From an uncultured candidate division Zixibacteria bacterium (GTDB taxonomy: Bacteria > Zixibacteria > MSB-5A5 > GN15 > FEB-12), in contig CAVTJJ010000003.1 in assembly GCA_963735035.1 (NCBI GenBank), forward strand, positions 416,019 to 480,018: a DNA stretch of 64,000 nt, read 5' to 3'. The notes under the pieces were generated by a model. The model searched no databases. It was not told the origin of the DNA and saw only the letters and a program-made list of their open reading frames with translations. Every line of letters begins with the position of its first letter. The stretch's first letter is position 1. Positions 26,875 through 36,717 of this stretch are shown here, in pieces. The translations under genes were made by a program, and so were the position numbers.

Positions 26875-29109
26875 TCAATGAGCAGGACGGGCATTGGTCG
26901 GTTGCGCGTAAGTCTCCTGTGCTGTGTCGTCCTCGATCAAATCATGAGGTATCGAAAAGCAAATGGTCGTTCCTTTATTCTTTCCGTCTGAGACTATCCA
27001 TATTTTCCCGTGATGAAGCTCAATAATCCGTTTTGCCAAAGCCAAACCTATTCCTGATCCTTCCGCCGTCGGATCGAGTTGTTCAAACAGATTAAACACG
27101 CGTGTGTGGAATCGTGGTTCAATTCCAATGCCATTATCCTTCACAGAGAACACGACGCCCTCAGCAGAATTGGTGCAACCGATTTGGACTTCAGGCTGGG
27201 GTTGATCCCCCATATACTTAATGGCATTCTCCAGAAGATTCTGGACCACTTCCAGGATACGAGTCCGGTCTCCTCTGACGGTCGGGAAATTGGAGATGAG
27301 TTTCACTTCAACCCCGCGTTCGGCTGCTCGGCCGTTACATGACTCGATGGCCTCTCGAATCAGGTCCCCCATCGGTATCGGCTCATCGGGATTCACCATC
27401 CGCCCGATGCGCGACATCTCGAGCAAGCTATTAAGAAGCTCCGCCATCTTCTCGGCGGCGTTCGATATTCGTTTCATGTCCGATGGCGTCTGGTTGGTAC
27501 TTCCATCGGCAATGTGCTGTTCCAATAATCCGATATACCCACTGATAGTGATCAGAGGACTCTTGAGATCATGCGACACGGTGTAGGTGAATCGTTCCAA
27601 CTCCGCATTCTTCTTCTCCAACTCAGCTATCAACCCTTCCCGCTCTTCCTCCGTCCGCTTGCGCTCAACCAACCGCCACATGCCTTCCATTATCAGTGTC
27701 AATTGACGGACATCGCTATCGTTGTAGTCTTCTTCCTTATTCCCCACCCCGGCTACCAACACAATCTTGCCGCTGACAATAATCGGCACATTCATATGGC
27801 GCGTCACCTTAACATGGCCTTCAGGCGTTCCCTTTTTCCACGGGTTGGGAGCGGCATAATCGTTCGTGATGATGGGCCTGCGTTGCCGAACGGCTTCTCC
27901 CCACAAGCCGGTGTTGGTCACCTGGAAAATCTTCGACGGGTTCGGTATTTTGCACTCGTCCATGGCGCTCCGCGACCACGTTAGCATATATAGAATGGTT
28001 TCGTCCTCGTTCAGAGACAACAGATACCCCATCGGGCTTTTGGTCAACTTCAAGGCAGCTTCAAAGGCAAAGTCGATGACCTGGTCCAACGTCGCCCCAG
28101 TCATCTGGTTCAACTGTAGCAAAGCATTCATGCGCTTGGCATTGAGCCGCAACTCATCTTCCATTCTGATACGTTCTTTCAATTCTGTCTCCAACTTGGT
28201 GTTGGCAAGTTGCAGATCAGTTGTTCGCTCTTTAACCCTCTGCTCCAGCGTCTCGATAGATTCATTGAGCGCCATTTGTGCGCTTTTGAGATCCCTGAAT
28301 ACGAGCGCAAAGGGTTTCTGAAGCCCGGTCACAAGTATTGAACGGTAGATGAAATAGAATGCCGCCAGCTTGAAGAAATGGCCAAGCAGGTTAGCGAATC
28401 CGAAGACACTTACATATCTTGTAAACGACAACTCGGAAAGGATCGTGCACACGATCGAGAAGATGACAAGTAGCGCAATCCGGTTTTCAAACTGTTTCCG
28501 GACTCGATAAAAGACCATCAACGACAAGACAAGAATGATGGAAATGACATATTCGCTGTCTATTTTGAAATTCGTAAGTCCCTTCCCGTCAATGAAGCAG
28601 TCCGGGAACATACCTGACAAGACAGTCGCCAGAAGCGATGTCGTGACCACCACACATCCTGCGAAGACGGCGCGATAGTCGACCTTGCGGTCTCTGAGCA
28701 GTAGCGCCGTCACAAGAGTAGCTGCCTGCAGGTAACGTGCCGCTATCCAGAGTTGAGTCGGGAGGTTGGCACCGATGCCCGTGAATATCCCCATTCCCTT
28801 GTAGGCGAAGGTATGTACCAGATCGATCAGCGCACAGAAGGCATAGCCGATGCCGAGTACCGTGAGAAAACTGCTCGTGAAGTATTTGCGCGTATTCCAG
28901 GTGAGGACGAAGAGCGTGAAGGCAACTACGATGGTGACAATTTCGATGAGACTGTGGAAGAGCAGATAGCTGTGCAGACTGCTGAGATAGACACCGGCAA
29001 CTATGGCTCCAGGGAGAACAGTCTTCGCTATTGTGTCTAGTCCGTTGATGTTGAATGCACCTATCTGCCCTTTCACTGCATCCAATATCCATTTCACATG
29101 TTTACTCAT
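26875..29109 (-). CDS. sensor histidine kinase (polytopic membrane sensor domain - GAF - HisKA - HATPase)
   Basis: 744 aa. About 7 N-terminal TM helices (MASE3-like by eye), a coiled coil, a GAF-like region, H-box FTYTVSHDLKSPL, and ATPase boxes (DNGIGI, GSGIGLALAKRI). Confidence 0.88.
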   Translation of the reverse strand: MSKHVKWILDAVKGQIGAFNINGLDTIAKTVLPGAIVAGVYLSSLHSYLLFHSLIEIVTIVVAFTLFVLTWNTRKYFTSSFLTVLGIGYAFCALIDLVHTFAYKGMGIFTGIGANLPTQLWIAARYLQAATLVTALLLRDRKVDYRAVFAGCVVVTTSLLATVLSGMFPDCFIDGKGLTNFKIDSEYVISIILVLSLMVFYRVRKQFENRIALLVIFSIVCTILSELSFTRYVSVFGFANLLGHFFKLAAFYFIYRSILVTGLQKPFALVFRDLKSAQMALNESIETLEQRVKERTTDLQLANTKLETELKERIRMEDELRLNAKRMNALLQLNQMTGATLDQVIDFAFEAALKLTKSPMGYLLSLNEDETILYMLTWSRSAMDECKIPNPSKIFQVTNTGLWGEAVRQRRPIITNDYAAPNPWKKGTPEGHVKVTRHMNVPIIVSGKIVLVAGVGNKEEDYNDSDVRQLTLIMEGMWRLVERKRTEEEREGLIAELEKKNAELERFTYTVSHDLKSPLITISGYIGLLEQHIADGSTNQTPSDMKRISNAAEKMAELLNSLLEMSRIGRMVNPDEPIPMGDLIREAIESCNGRAAERGVEVKLISNFPTVRGDRTRILEVVQNLLENAIKYMGDQPQPEVQIGCTNSAEGVVFSVKDNGIGIEPRFHTRVFNLFEQLDPTAEGSGIGLALAKRIIELHHGKIWIVSDGKNKGTTICFSIPHDLIEDDTAQETYAQPTNARPAH

Positions 29110-29148
29110 TTGCTCGACCCCAAAAAGTGACCATCATCACAGTGACGG

Positions 29149-30327
29149 CTAGAAGGAACATGCCAGCCCTACCCCAAAGCCGGACAGATTCGCTCCTTGC
29201 CGGGTTGCAATGGCGAGTCCGTCGCCGAAATTGTATGTCGCGTTAGCCCCGTTGTGAATGGCCGTGCACTGCCCGTAAAGTTCGATGGCATCGGCAAGAA
29301 AATATCCATAGCGCGCTGAGATCTGGTCAGCACCGGTGTTGGAGGCGCCGGACAGGTCATCTGCGATTGTGTAGACGGCACCAAGTGTGTGCACCTTTAG
29401 CTCGTAAGAGCCCGAGAAGCTTAGCGCGCCGCGCGAAGTGTTACCACTTCCGACAACGCCGAAACTGAGAAATTCATAGACAAAACCAATCTTGCCGTCG
29501 GCGATATTCCATGAACTGATCAGACGCGTCCCATAATCGATTCCCTCTATGTTGGTGCCATCCTTCACCTTCAGATCCTGATGCCGTTCGTGCGCGACAC
29601 TTACGTACAGCGGACCTTGGTCATATGTTGCCGAAAGCGACAGTACCGACGGATCGACGGTTGCGGTTTTGGAGGCAGGTTCGTCCACGCTGTAGGCAAG
29701 CTTGACCTGGATACTCAGAATTTGTGGACTCCAATATTGTAGCGAACTTTTCTGACGACGATGAAAACCTGTTGTTGCCACAGAGACGCTGTCTACGGCG
29801 GCGGGAAACCCGTGAGCTGACGGGGGTAACGTGGAGCCTCCCGAGACGCCGTTACCGATACTGCCGAGTAATCCGATCGGACTGGCGATATGGGAATTGT
29901 CAAACAGATCGACTTTGTTATAGGATTGACGGAACGGCGTGTCCCATACACCCAGAAACACGGTGCCGAAGCCACCGCTGAGCCCAACTTGAGAGTTTCC
30001 CCACAGGGTGAAAAGCCCACCGCCTCCGCATGTTTCTGCACCGGCTATATTCACGCGCGTGGCAATTTGCCAAACTGCTCTTAGTTTGCTTCGCAAATCG
30101 ATACTGCCCTTGGCGCCAAAGCGCGATGCGTTGGACGCAATACGAATGCGTGAGGACGCACTGCCGGGCCCCGGTTGATTTGTTCTGACCGATTGGATAT
30201 CGGCGTCCATTTTGCCGAAGAACTGAACCTCACCTTCAATAGCAGGACTCGGCAAGAAACCGATAAGCGCTACTACAACAAGGTCGACGAAGCCTCTATT
30301 ATGACGGAGGAAGAATCGTCTCAGCAT
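29149..30327 (-). CDS. outer-membrane porin (general Gram-negative porin family)
   Basis: Signal-like N-terminus MLRRFF..PAIEG, SNASRFGAKGSIDL..LRAVWQI motif, alternating beta-strand pattern, and a C-terminal ..GVGLACSF ending in Phe. Start trimmed from the ORF-table 30465. Confidence 0.8.
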   Translation of the reverse strand: MLRRFFLRHNRGFVDLVVVALIGFLPSPAIEGEVQFFGKMDADIQSVRTNQPGPGSASSRIRIASNASRFGAKGSIDLRSKLRAVWQIATRVNIAGAETCGGGGLFTLWGNSQVGLSGGFGTVFLGVWDTPFRQSYNKVDLFDNSHIASPIGLLGSIGNGVSGGSTLPPSAHGFPAAVDSVSVATTGFHRRQKSSLQYWSPQILSIQVKLAYSVDEPASKTATVDPSVLSLSATYDQGPLYVSVAHERHQDLKVKDGTNIEGIDYGTRLISSWNIADGKIGFVYEFLSFGVVGSGNTSRGALSFSGSYELKVHTLGAVYTIADDLSGASNTGADQISARYGYFLADAIELYGQCTAIHNGANATYNFGDGLAIATRQGANLSGFGVGLACSF

Positions 30328-30589
30328 AGCTATCCCCCCTTGTTGGACTATTGTTGGATACTCAATAAAGGCTGTTGATCGGCAGACGAAAATGGCATGT
30401 CGACCCTCCTCACAATTATGATCGGAATTCCATGCCGAATCCTGAATCCCTGCCCAGTAACCCATCGACCGCTAGGTGAAGCTGTTCTGATTCAACGAGG
30501 CGCGATAGTGTCCGGTCCCCTGGTGACGATCGCCTTATTCCGGTTCGGGCGGGAAACCGGACTCGGCCCTATCTGCCGCCGGACAGAGT

Positions 30590-30924
30590 CTCGCCGTGGA
30601 CAGGTTCTCAGACCGCTACGAAAAGATCGCTTTTCAGTCCAGTTGCGACTGGCGCAGGCCTACCTGGATTTTGGTCATCCGGAGAAGGCCGGGCCGGTCT
30701 TCGAGAAACTTTCTGAGACCTATAACCCGACTCGGCAGTTCTGGACGCCCGAGAGCGTTAAACTACACTACTACCTGGGTCAGGTCTATGACGCACAAAA
30801 ATGGTACGACAAAGCTTCGGCCGAGTATGGCAGTCTTCTTCGTATCTGGGCCACGGCGGACATCGGGATCAACGAGGTGAGCAAAGCGAAGGAACGTCTG
30901 CAATTGATGCCGAGACAACCGTAG
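30590..30924 (+). pseudogene. 5'-truncated remnant of a TPR-repeat protein (C-terminal part only)
   Basis: ..LRLAQAYLDFGHPEKAGPVFEKL..KLHYYLGQVYDAQKWYDKASAEYGSLLRIWATADIGINEVSKAKERL reads as terminal TPR repeats plus the common ..W..AD...E...AK.RL tail. The upstream part of the ORF overlaps the porin gene and has no protein-like sequence. Confidence 0.4.
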
Positions 30925-31086
30925 GCTCATGACAGTGAGACCAGCCAGGCAGCTATACTTCATGGTCTGATTGGCGTTCCCCTGACAAACACATCTATCC
31001 CGACCTGACTGAGATTACGTGAGCCAATAACACTGCGGATCTCCGGTGAGGCTGTATCGCCCCGAGTTCCCGGTAGTCCTCTCTTC

Positions 31087-33465
31087 TCATTCGGTTCTCA
31101 AGGCGTCGACCGGATTGGCGTTGGCGGTCTTGATAACCTTAATACCGGTGGTAAGGAGTACAAGCATCAACACGGCAGCCGCCACACATAGGAAGGTGAT
31201 CCATCCATAGTCAATTCTGTATGCATACGACTCCAACCACCGGGTGATGGCATACCGGGTGAAGGGCCACGCTATCAGTGCGGCGACCATAACCAAAAGC
31301 ACGAGTTCTCCCGTCAGCAGTCTGACGATTGAGGACAGGGAAGCACCCAGGCTCTTGCGAATGCCTATCTCTCTGACGCGCCTCTCCACGACAAATGTCG
31401 TCAGCCCCAGCATGCCGAGAATGGCAATAAGAACGGCGAGCGCTGTGGAAACCCAACAAAGTGACTCGAATTTTCGTTCTATCGAATAACTCTCCCCCAT
31501 GATATCAGTCAAGGGCCGACACTGAAAAGTCGTATTGGGGAATATTCCGTCCCAGACATTCTTCATCTTCGACATCATGCCGGCCGGAATGTCTTCGGGC
31601 AAGTTCATAGCGAGAATTCGCTCGTCGCTTGAACGCTTGGTAATGATACTGGGGGTGACCTGGTTATGAAGAGACAGAGCGCAGAAATCTTTAACCACTC
31701 CCACTACCGTCAGCGCCCCCCTCGATGTGATCAGGCTGACACCTATCGGGTCGGTCAGACCGAGTTGCTCGACAGCGGTTTCGTTTAAGAGAGCCAGGTC
31801 CTCCCTTTCGGCAACCGCCGGATCAAACAGCCAATGTCCGCGGACAAGCTGGAAATCCATCGTTGAAGTAAAGTTCTCGTCACCTGTAAACGTGTTCAGC
31901 ACCTTGAATGAATTCTCACTTTGCCCCGCCAGACGCGCGGTGGTAACACGAAATATGCTCTCGCCGGGGGCGTTTACAGCCAGGGTCGGGCGGTTCACCC
32001 CCAGGCTTTCAAGTTCCCGCTTCAGCCTGTCCCTCTGCCCTCGAGTGGCATCATCTCCAAATTCTACCAACCAGACATTGCGAGGCTCGAAGCCGTAATG
32101 AAAATCTCTGATGAAACTTAATTGCTGCTGAACACCTATCGTAAATCCGGCCAGACCGATAGCGATGAAGGCCTGAAAGACGACCAGAGTCCGTCTGAGT
32201 CTCGATTTCGCCGGGCCGGGCGCCGAGCGGAGCGTCAGCACTCCCCTCGGCCGCTGCCGCACCATGACGGCGGCAGGATAGCTTCCTGCTACGACGCCTA
32301 CAATAAGAACAAGAACCGGGGCGGCCAGCCAGACAAAGTGATTGTTCCACAGATTGACATCCAGACTCCTTCCGACATAGGCTTCCAAATATGGGATCGA
32401 CAGTTCATAGAACATTAACCCGATGGCCATAGATACCGAGGTCAGCATGATTGATTCAGCCAGAAATTGGACCAGAAGCTGACCGCGAGTCGCCCCGGCA
32501 ACCGATCGCGCCAACAGCTCTCGGCGCCTGTGAAAGATTCGGGCTGTCGAGAGATTAACATAATTGAAACAAGCCATCAACACCAAGAGCAGACCGATGC
32601 CAATAAGAAGGTAAACGTCTCTCAGCGAGCCGGTGGGGCCAAGTTCGTCACTCAGGTTTGAACTGAAATAGAGATTCTCCAGGCTCTGTGTCTGCAGATG
32701 GAAGTTTTGCGACGTTTCACCCAGGTGCGAAGCCAGAATGCCGGGCAGCTCCGCATCGACCGCTTCGGGTCGCGTCCCCTTGGACAGCAGCACGTAGGTG
32801 TAGGCGTTAAAGGTGCCTGGATCGCTCCATGCATTCAGGTCTTCACCCACGCTTTTCAGCGTTGCCAGTGAAGCAATGAAATCAGTGTGAATCTGAGTAT
32901 TGTGCGGCATGTCTTCCATGATTCCGGTAATGGTCAGTATTATCGAATCACGAATCGTGATGGTCTTTCCCACCGGATCGGCTCCCGCGAATAGAGCCTT
33001 GCTTGCTCGTTCGGAAATTACAACCGATGCCGGTCGACTCAGCACCGACTGTGAGTCACCCTGAATTAGCGGGATCGAAAAGACAAAGAAGATCGAGGCG
33101 TCGGCCAACAGGACCTTGGGCGCTTTGAATTCGATACGGCTGTCTGTCCTAACGGTGACGTCGTCTAACTTTCGCAGACGGACTTGTTCCTCGACTCCCG
33201 GAATGCCTTCTTTGAGGGACGGGCCGAGCGGGAACATTACCGTTGTCAGGTAGTTGATTCGGTCGCCCTCGGTTCGATTTCCTCCTATGCGATAAACGCG
33301 TGTCACGTTCTGGTGACAGTGTTCGAAGCCCAACTCATAGTTAGCGTATGACAGAATGAGTGAACCCGCTCCCATCGCAATAGACATGCCCACCACTGAA
33401 ATCACCACGTACATCCTCTGTCTCCTGAGAGCTTTGAAGGCAGATGTGATTGGATGAAAACTCAT
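31087..33465 (-). CDS. ABC transporter permease, duplicated MacB/FtsX type (two FtsX domains plus two periplasmic domains)
   Basis: 792 aa. N-terminus ..ALRRQRMYVVISVVGMSIAMGA.., two FtsX cores (..REIGIRKSLGAS..), and a C-terminus ANPVDALRTE typical of this family. Confidence 0.88.
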   Translation of the reverse strand: MSFHPITSAFKALRRQRMYVVISVVGMSIAMGAGSLILSYANYELGFEHCHQNVTRVYRIGGNRTEGDRINYLTTVMFPLGPSLKEGIPGVEEQVRLRKLDDVTVRTDSRIEFKAPKVLLADASIFFVFSIPLIQGDSQSVLSRPASVVISERASKALFAGADPVGKTITIRDSIILTITGIMEDMPHNTQIHTDFIASLATLKSVGEDLNAWSDPGTFNAYTYVLLSKGTRPEAVDAELPGILASHLGETSQNFHLQTQSLENLYFSSNLSDELGPTGSLRDVYLLIGIGLLLVLMACFNYVNLSTARIFHRRRELLARSVAGATRGQLLVQFLAESIMLTSVSMAIGLMFYELSIPYLEAYVGRSLDVNLWNNHFVWLAAPVLVLIVGVVAGSYPAAVMVRQRPRGVLTLRSAPGPAKSRLRRTLVVFQAFIAIGLAGFTIGVQQQLSFIRDFHYGFEPRNVWLVEFGDDATRGQRDRLKRELESLGVNRPTLAVNAPGESIFRVTTARLAGQSENSFKVLNTFTGDENFTSTMDFQLVRGHWLFDPAVAEREDLALLNETAVEQLGLTDPIGVSLITSRGALTVVGVVKDFCALSLHNQVTPSIITKRSSDERILAMNLPEDIPAGMMSKMKNVWDGIFPNTTFQCRPLTDIMGESYSIERKFESLCWVSTALAVLIAILGMLGLTTFVVERRVREIGIRKSLGASLSSIVRLLTGELVLLVMVAALIAWPFTRYAITRWLESYAYRIDYGWITFLCVAAAVLMLVLLTTGIKVIKTANANPVDALRTE

Positions 33466-33629
33466 GATGTCACCTCTTCGACTAATAGATGTACTCGTGA
33501 TTCTGAGGAGCGAGGACGTTGCGGCTCCGTGTGAAACAAACCCAACTATCGAGGACAGTCATTATTCTGGGACAACGTTCCATTATGTTGCTTTGCTGCA
33601 GAGCCGTGTTCATAACTTCAATGAGTTTC

Positions 33630-34316
33630 TCACTGTGGCGACTGATCGGCCGCCGGATGATCAATGAGTCCGTCGTGCAATCGCACAATCCGGTTGCCAC
33701 AGGCGGCAATATTATCGGAATGAGTCACCTGGATAATTGTCGTGCCCTCGTGGTTCAATTGCCGGAATATCTCCATAACCTCCTCACCCTGTTTTGAGTG
33801 AAGATTCCCGGTTGGTTCATCGGCCAACAGCACTTTCGGTCCGCCGACTATGGCGCGCGCCACGCCGACCAGTTGCTGCTGTCCTCCGGAGAGCTGGCTT
33901 GGAAACAGGTCTTTCTTGCCGACAATCCCAAATCGGTCGAGCATGTCGCACACCAGACTCTTGCGGTCACCTGACTTCACTTTGCGGTACAACAGCGGCG
34001 TTTCGATGTTCTCGTACACGGTAAGATCTTCGATGAGATGGTAGCTCTGGAAAATGAACCCGATGTAGGCTTTGCACAATTCGGCGCGCTTCTTGTCGTT
34101 CAGCTTGTGCACGGCCTGGTCAAGAAAATGGTACTCACCTTCGGAGAAATCATCGAGCATCCCAACAATATTCAGCAGCGTCGACTTCCCCGCGCCTGAT
34201 GGCCCCATGATGGTGACGAATTCCCCTTCCTTGACCTGAAAATCGACCGCCCTGAGGACATAAGTATCGAACACTTTGCCGGGGTAGGCTTTGGAGATGT
34301 TCTTCAGACTTATCAC
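33630..34316 (-). CDS. ABC transporter ATP-binding protein (MacB/LolD-type)
   Basis: Walker [11 protein letters not shown]-loop, signature LSGGQQQ, Walker [12 protein letters not shown]-loop VTHS. Confidence 0.93.
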   Translation of the reverse strand: MISLKNISKAYPGKVFDTYVLRAVDFQVKEGEFVTIMGPSGAGKSTLLNIVGMLDDFSEGEYHFLDQAVHKLNDKKRAELCKAYIGFIFQSYHLIEDLTVYENIETPLLYRKVKSGDRKSLVCDMLDRFGIVGKKDLFPSQLSGGQQQLVGVARAIVGGPKVLLADEPTGNLHSKQGEEVMEIFRQLNHEGTTIIQVTHSDNIAACGNRIVRLHDGLIDHPAADQSPQ

Positions 34317-34337
34317 AATTCACCTTTCGTGTGATGC

Positions 34338-36708
34338 CTATTCATACTTAAGAGAATCCACTGGGTTGGCGCGCGCGGCTTTCCATACTTGCCACGAGAC
34401 AGTAAGTGCGGCGACAATCGCTACCAGTGCGTTGGCGGATAGAAGCGCGGTCGCATCGACGCTCACGTGGTAGTACCAGATACTGTCCAGAAACATTGTA
34501 ACAATCCAATACCCACCGGTGTCTGCTATCAATACGGCTGCAGCAACAACGATAATCAGCTCCCGATTGATCAGCACTACGATCTGGGAAGTTTCGGCGC
34601 CAACCACTTTGCGTATCCCGACTTCCTTGGTCCGTCGAGCGATATTCGAAGCAACCAGCGCGATAAGACCCATGGCGCCGATAAGGATGGCCAGAATCGA
34701 TAGTATCGAGTTCAGCTTCAGCATCGTGCCGCTGAACTCAACCCCCCAGGACGTGGTTTCCGCCTGCCAGGAAGTCTCGCAGGGAAAGTCAGGATAGAGC
34801 CGCTTCCAGACCGCCTCAACCTTCGCGATAACAGCCTTACGGCTGCTCGGCTCAACCCGCATTACAAGAGCTCGCTCCGCACTCCATTGGTTGACCGTAA
34901 ACATACATGGCTTTATGCGATGCGTGGTTCCAGAAGTAAGGAAATCTTCCACTACACCGATTATGGTGTGCGGACGACTGTACACCGGAACGGATAAGTT
35001 GACAGCCGAGGTTAATCCCAATTCGCGGACGAAACTCTCGTTGACCACAATGCCGTTGAGGCTGTCGTCCGGCGTCCGAGTATCAAACGACCTCCCCTCC
35101 TTTAGATGAAATTGCAGAGTCTCAAGGTAGTTGGACGAGACATAGTATGTCACGATTTCATACTGCCGGCCACCGTATGTCACTTCCGACGCGCCTGTGG
35201 TGAGTCCAACGCCGTTACCGGCGCAACCGGACATGCTTATGATGCCCGGATATTCGCGAAGCTCGTTGCGAAAGAGCTCGGTACTCTGTTCTTCGGGCAT
35301 TTTCACGTTCAGCAGCGAAGACATATCATAGCCGGGATCGATATCCTTATTGTATCGAGCGTTCTGCGCAAACACTACGCTGGCGAGCACTACGGTCATG
35401 ATCAACGCAAATTGCAGCACCAGCAGGGCGCGACTCACTATACCCATACCAGGACTGTGTCCCCGCCCTCTTAGGACAGCCAACGGATCCTGGGCCGTCA
35501 CTACCCAGGCAGGATACAGGCCGCTGCCAAGAGCTGTCACCACCCCAGCGGCGAAGTACGAAGAAGAGCAGGTCGGGACGATGCAATATATCCAGGTGGA
35601 TGTCAACGAAGCTAACAAGCTGGTTGAACCCTTTCATCAGAAATTCGGCCAGGCACAGACCAACCACGACCGCCACCAGACACACTATTGCATGCTCGCA
35701 GAAGAACTGAGCAACCAACTGACTTCGCGCTCCGCCAAGAACCTTGCGAATTCCGACTTCCTTCAATCGGCGGGTGGACGAAGCAATTGAAGTATTGATG
35801 TAATTGAAGCTCGCCAGTATCAGTATCAATAGGGCCGAGGCCATTACTCCGTACACGAAATAGGCGGGCGTGCTTCGGCGCAGCCCGTTGTTGGCCGTTT
35901 CTTCACCCTTTTCCGCCACTGTCTTCAGGGGGTCCAGGACGAACCGCTTGACCAACACAAACCTACTGGGCGGAGTCTGATTCTCGAGGTACTTGTTCAG
36001 TTGAGCACAGACCGCCGGCATTTTCGCAGGATCGGGAACCGTAATGAAGAGCGCCCACGTCTCTTCTGTGTAATTGTAACTGGCCCCCTTAGCGGCATCG
36101 ACCAGAAGCGATGTACTCACCACACAGTCCGCGGTCAGGCATGAATTGGGTGGCGTCTTTCTGAGTACCCCGGTGACTGTCATTTGCGTCGGGGGTGCAT
36201 TCATTATAGAGAGTGTCAGGACTTCCCCGATTGGGTCGGCTGTACCGAAATACTTCTCGGCTATTGATTCCGAAAGTAGAATCTGGTCTTTACGTGCCAG
36301 ATCAATCCCGCCGGCTACCAGCGGGTAAGTGAACATTTCCAGGAAACCGCTGTCGGTAAAGGTCACGTATTCCTGAAATACTTCCCCGTCGTGCTTTAGG
36401 TGAGCGATTCTGCAGTTTACACGAACCGCCCTTGTTACGTCCGGGCAATCCGTCACGAGCATAGTACCGACATCCCACGGCACCATGCCGAACCTGGTAT
36501 CGGTGTTGTTCCAATCCTGAATGCCGACAACCCGATAGATGGAATCCGCATTGCGATGAAAAGAATCAAAGCCGTGTGCATATGAGAATACCGCATAGGC
36601 CACAGCCGTGCAGGCTATGCCTGCGCCCAGGCCCAGAACGCTCATCAGGGTGTACCATTTGTTCCGACGAAGATTGCGAAAGGCAACGAACAGATAGTTA
36701 CGCCACAT
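34338..36708 (-). pseudogene. ABC transporter permease, duplicated MacB/FtsX type, one +1 frameshift as given
   Basis: ORF 35347..36708 (MWRNYLFVAFRNLRRNKWYT..KEVGIRKVLGGA..) and ORF 34338..35618 (..AAGVVTALGSGLYPAWVVTAQDPLAVLR..KEVGIRKVVGAE..ANPVDSLKYE) are the two halves. The junction ttc [g] tac ttc gcc lies at about 35559. Confidence 0.85.
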
Positions 36709-36717
36709 TTTGATTTC

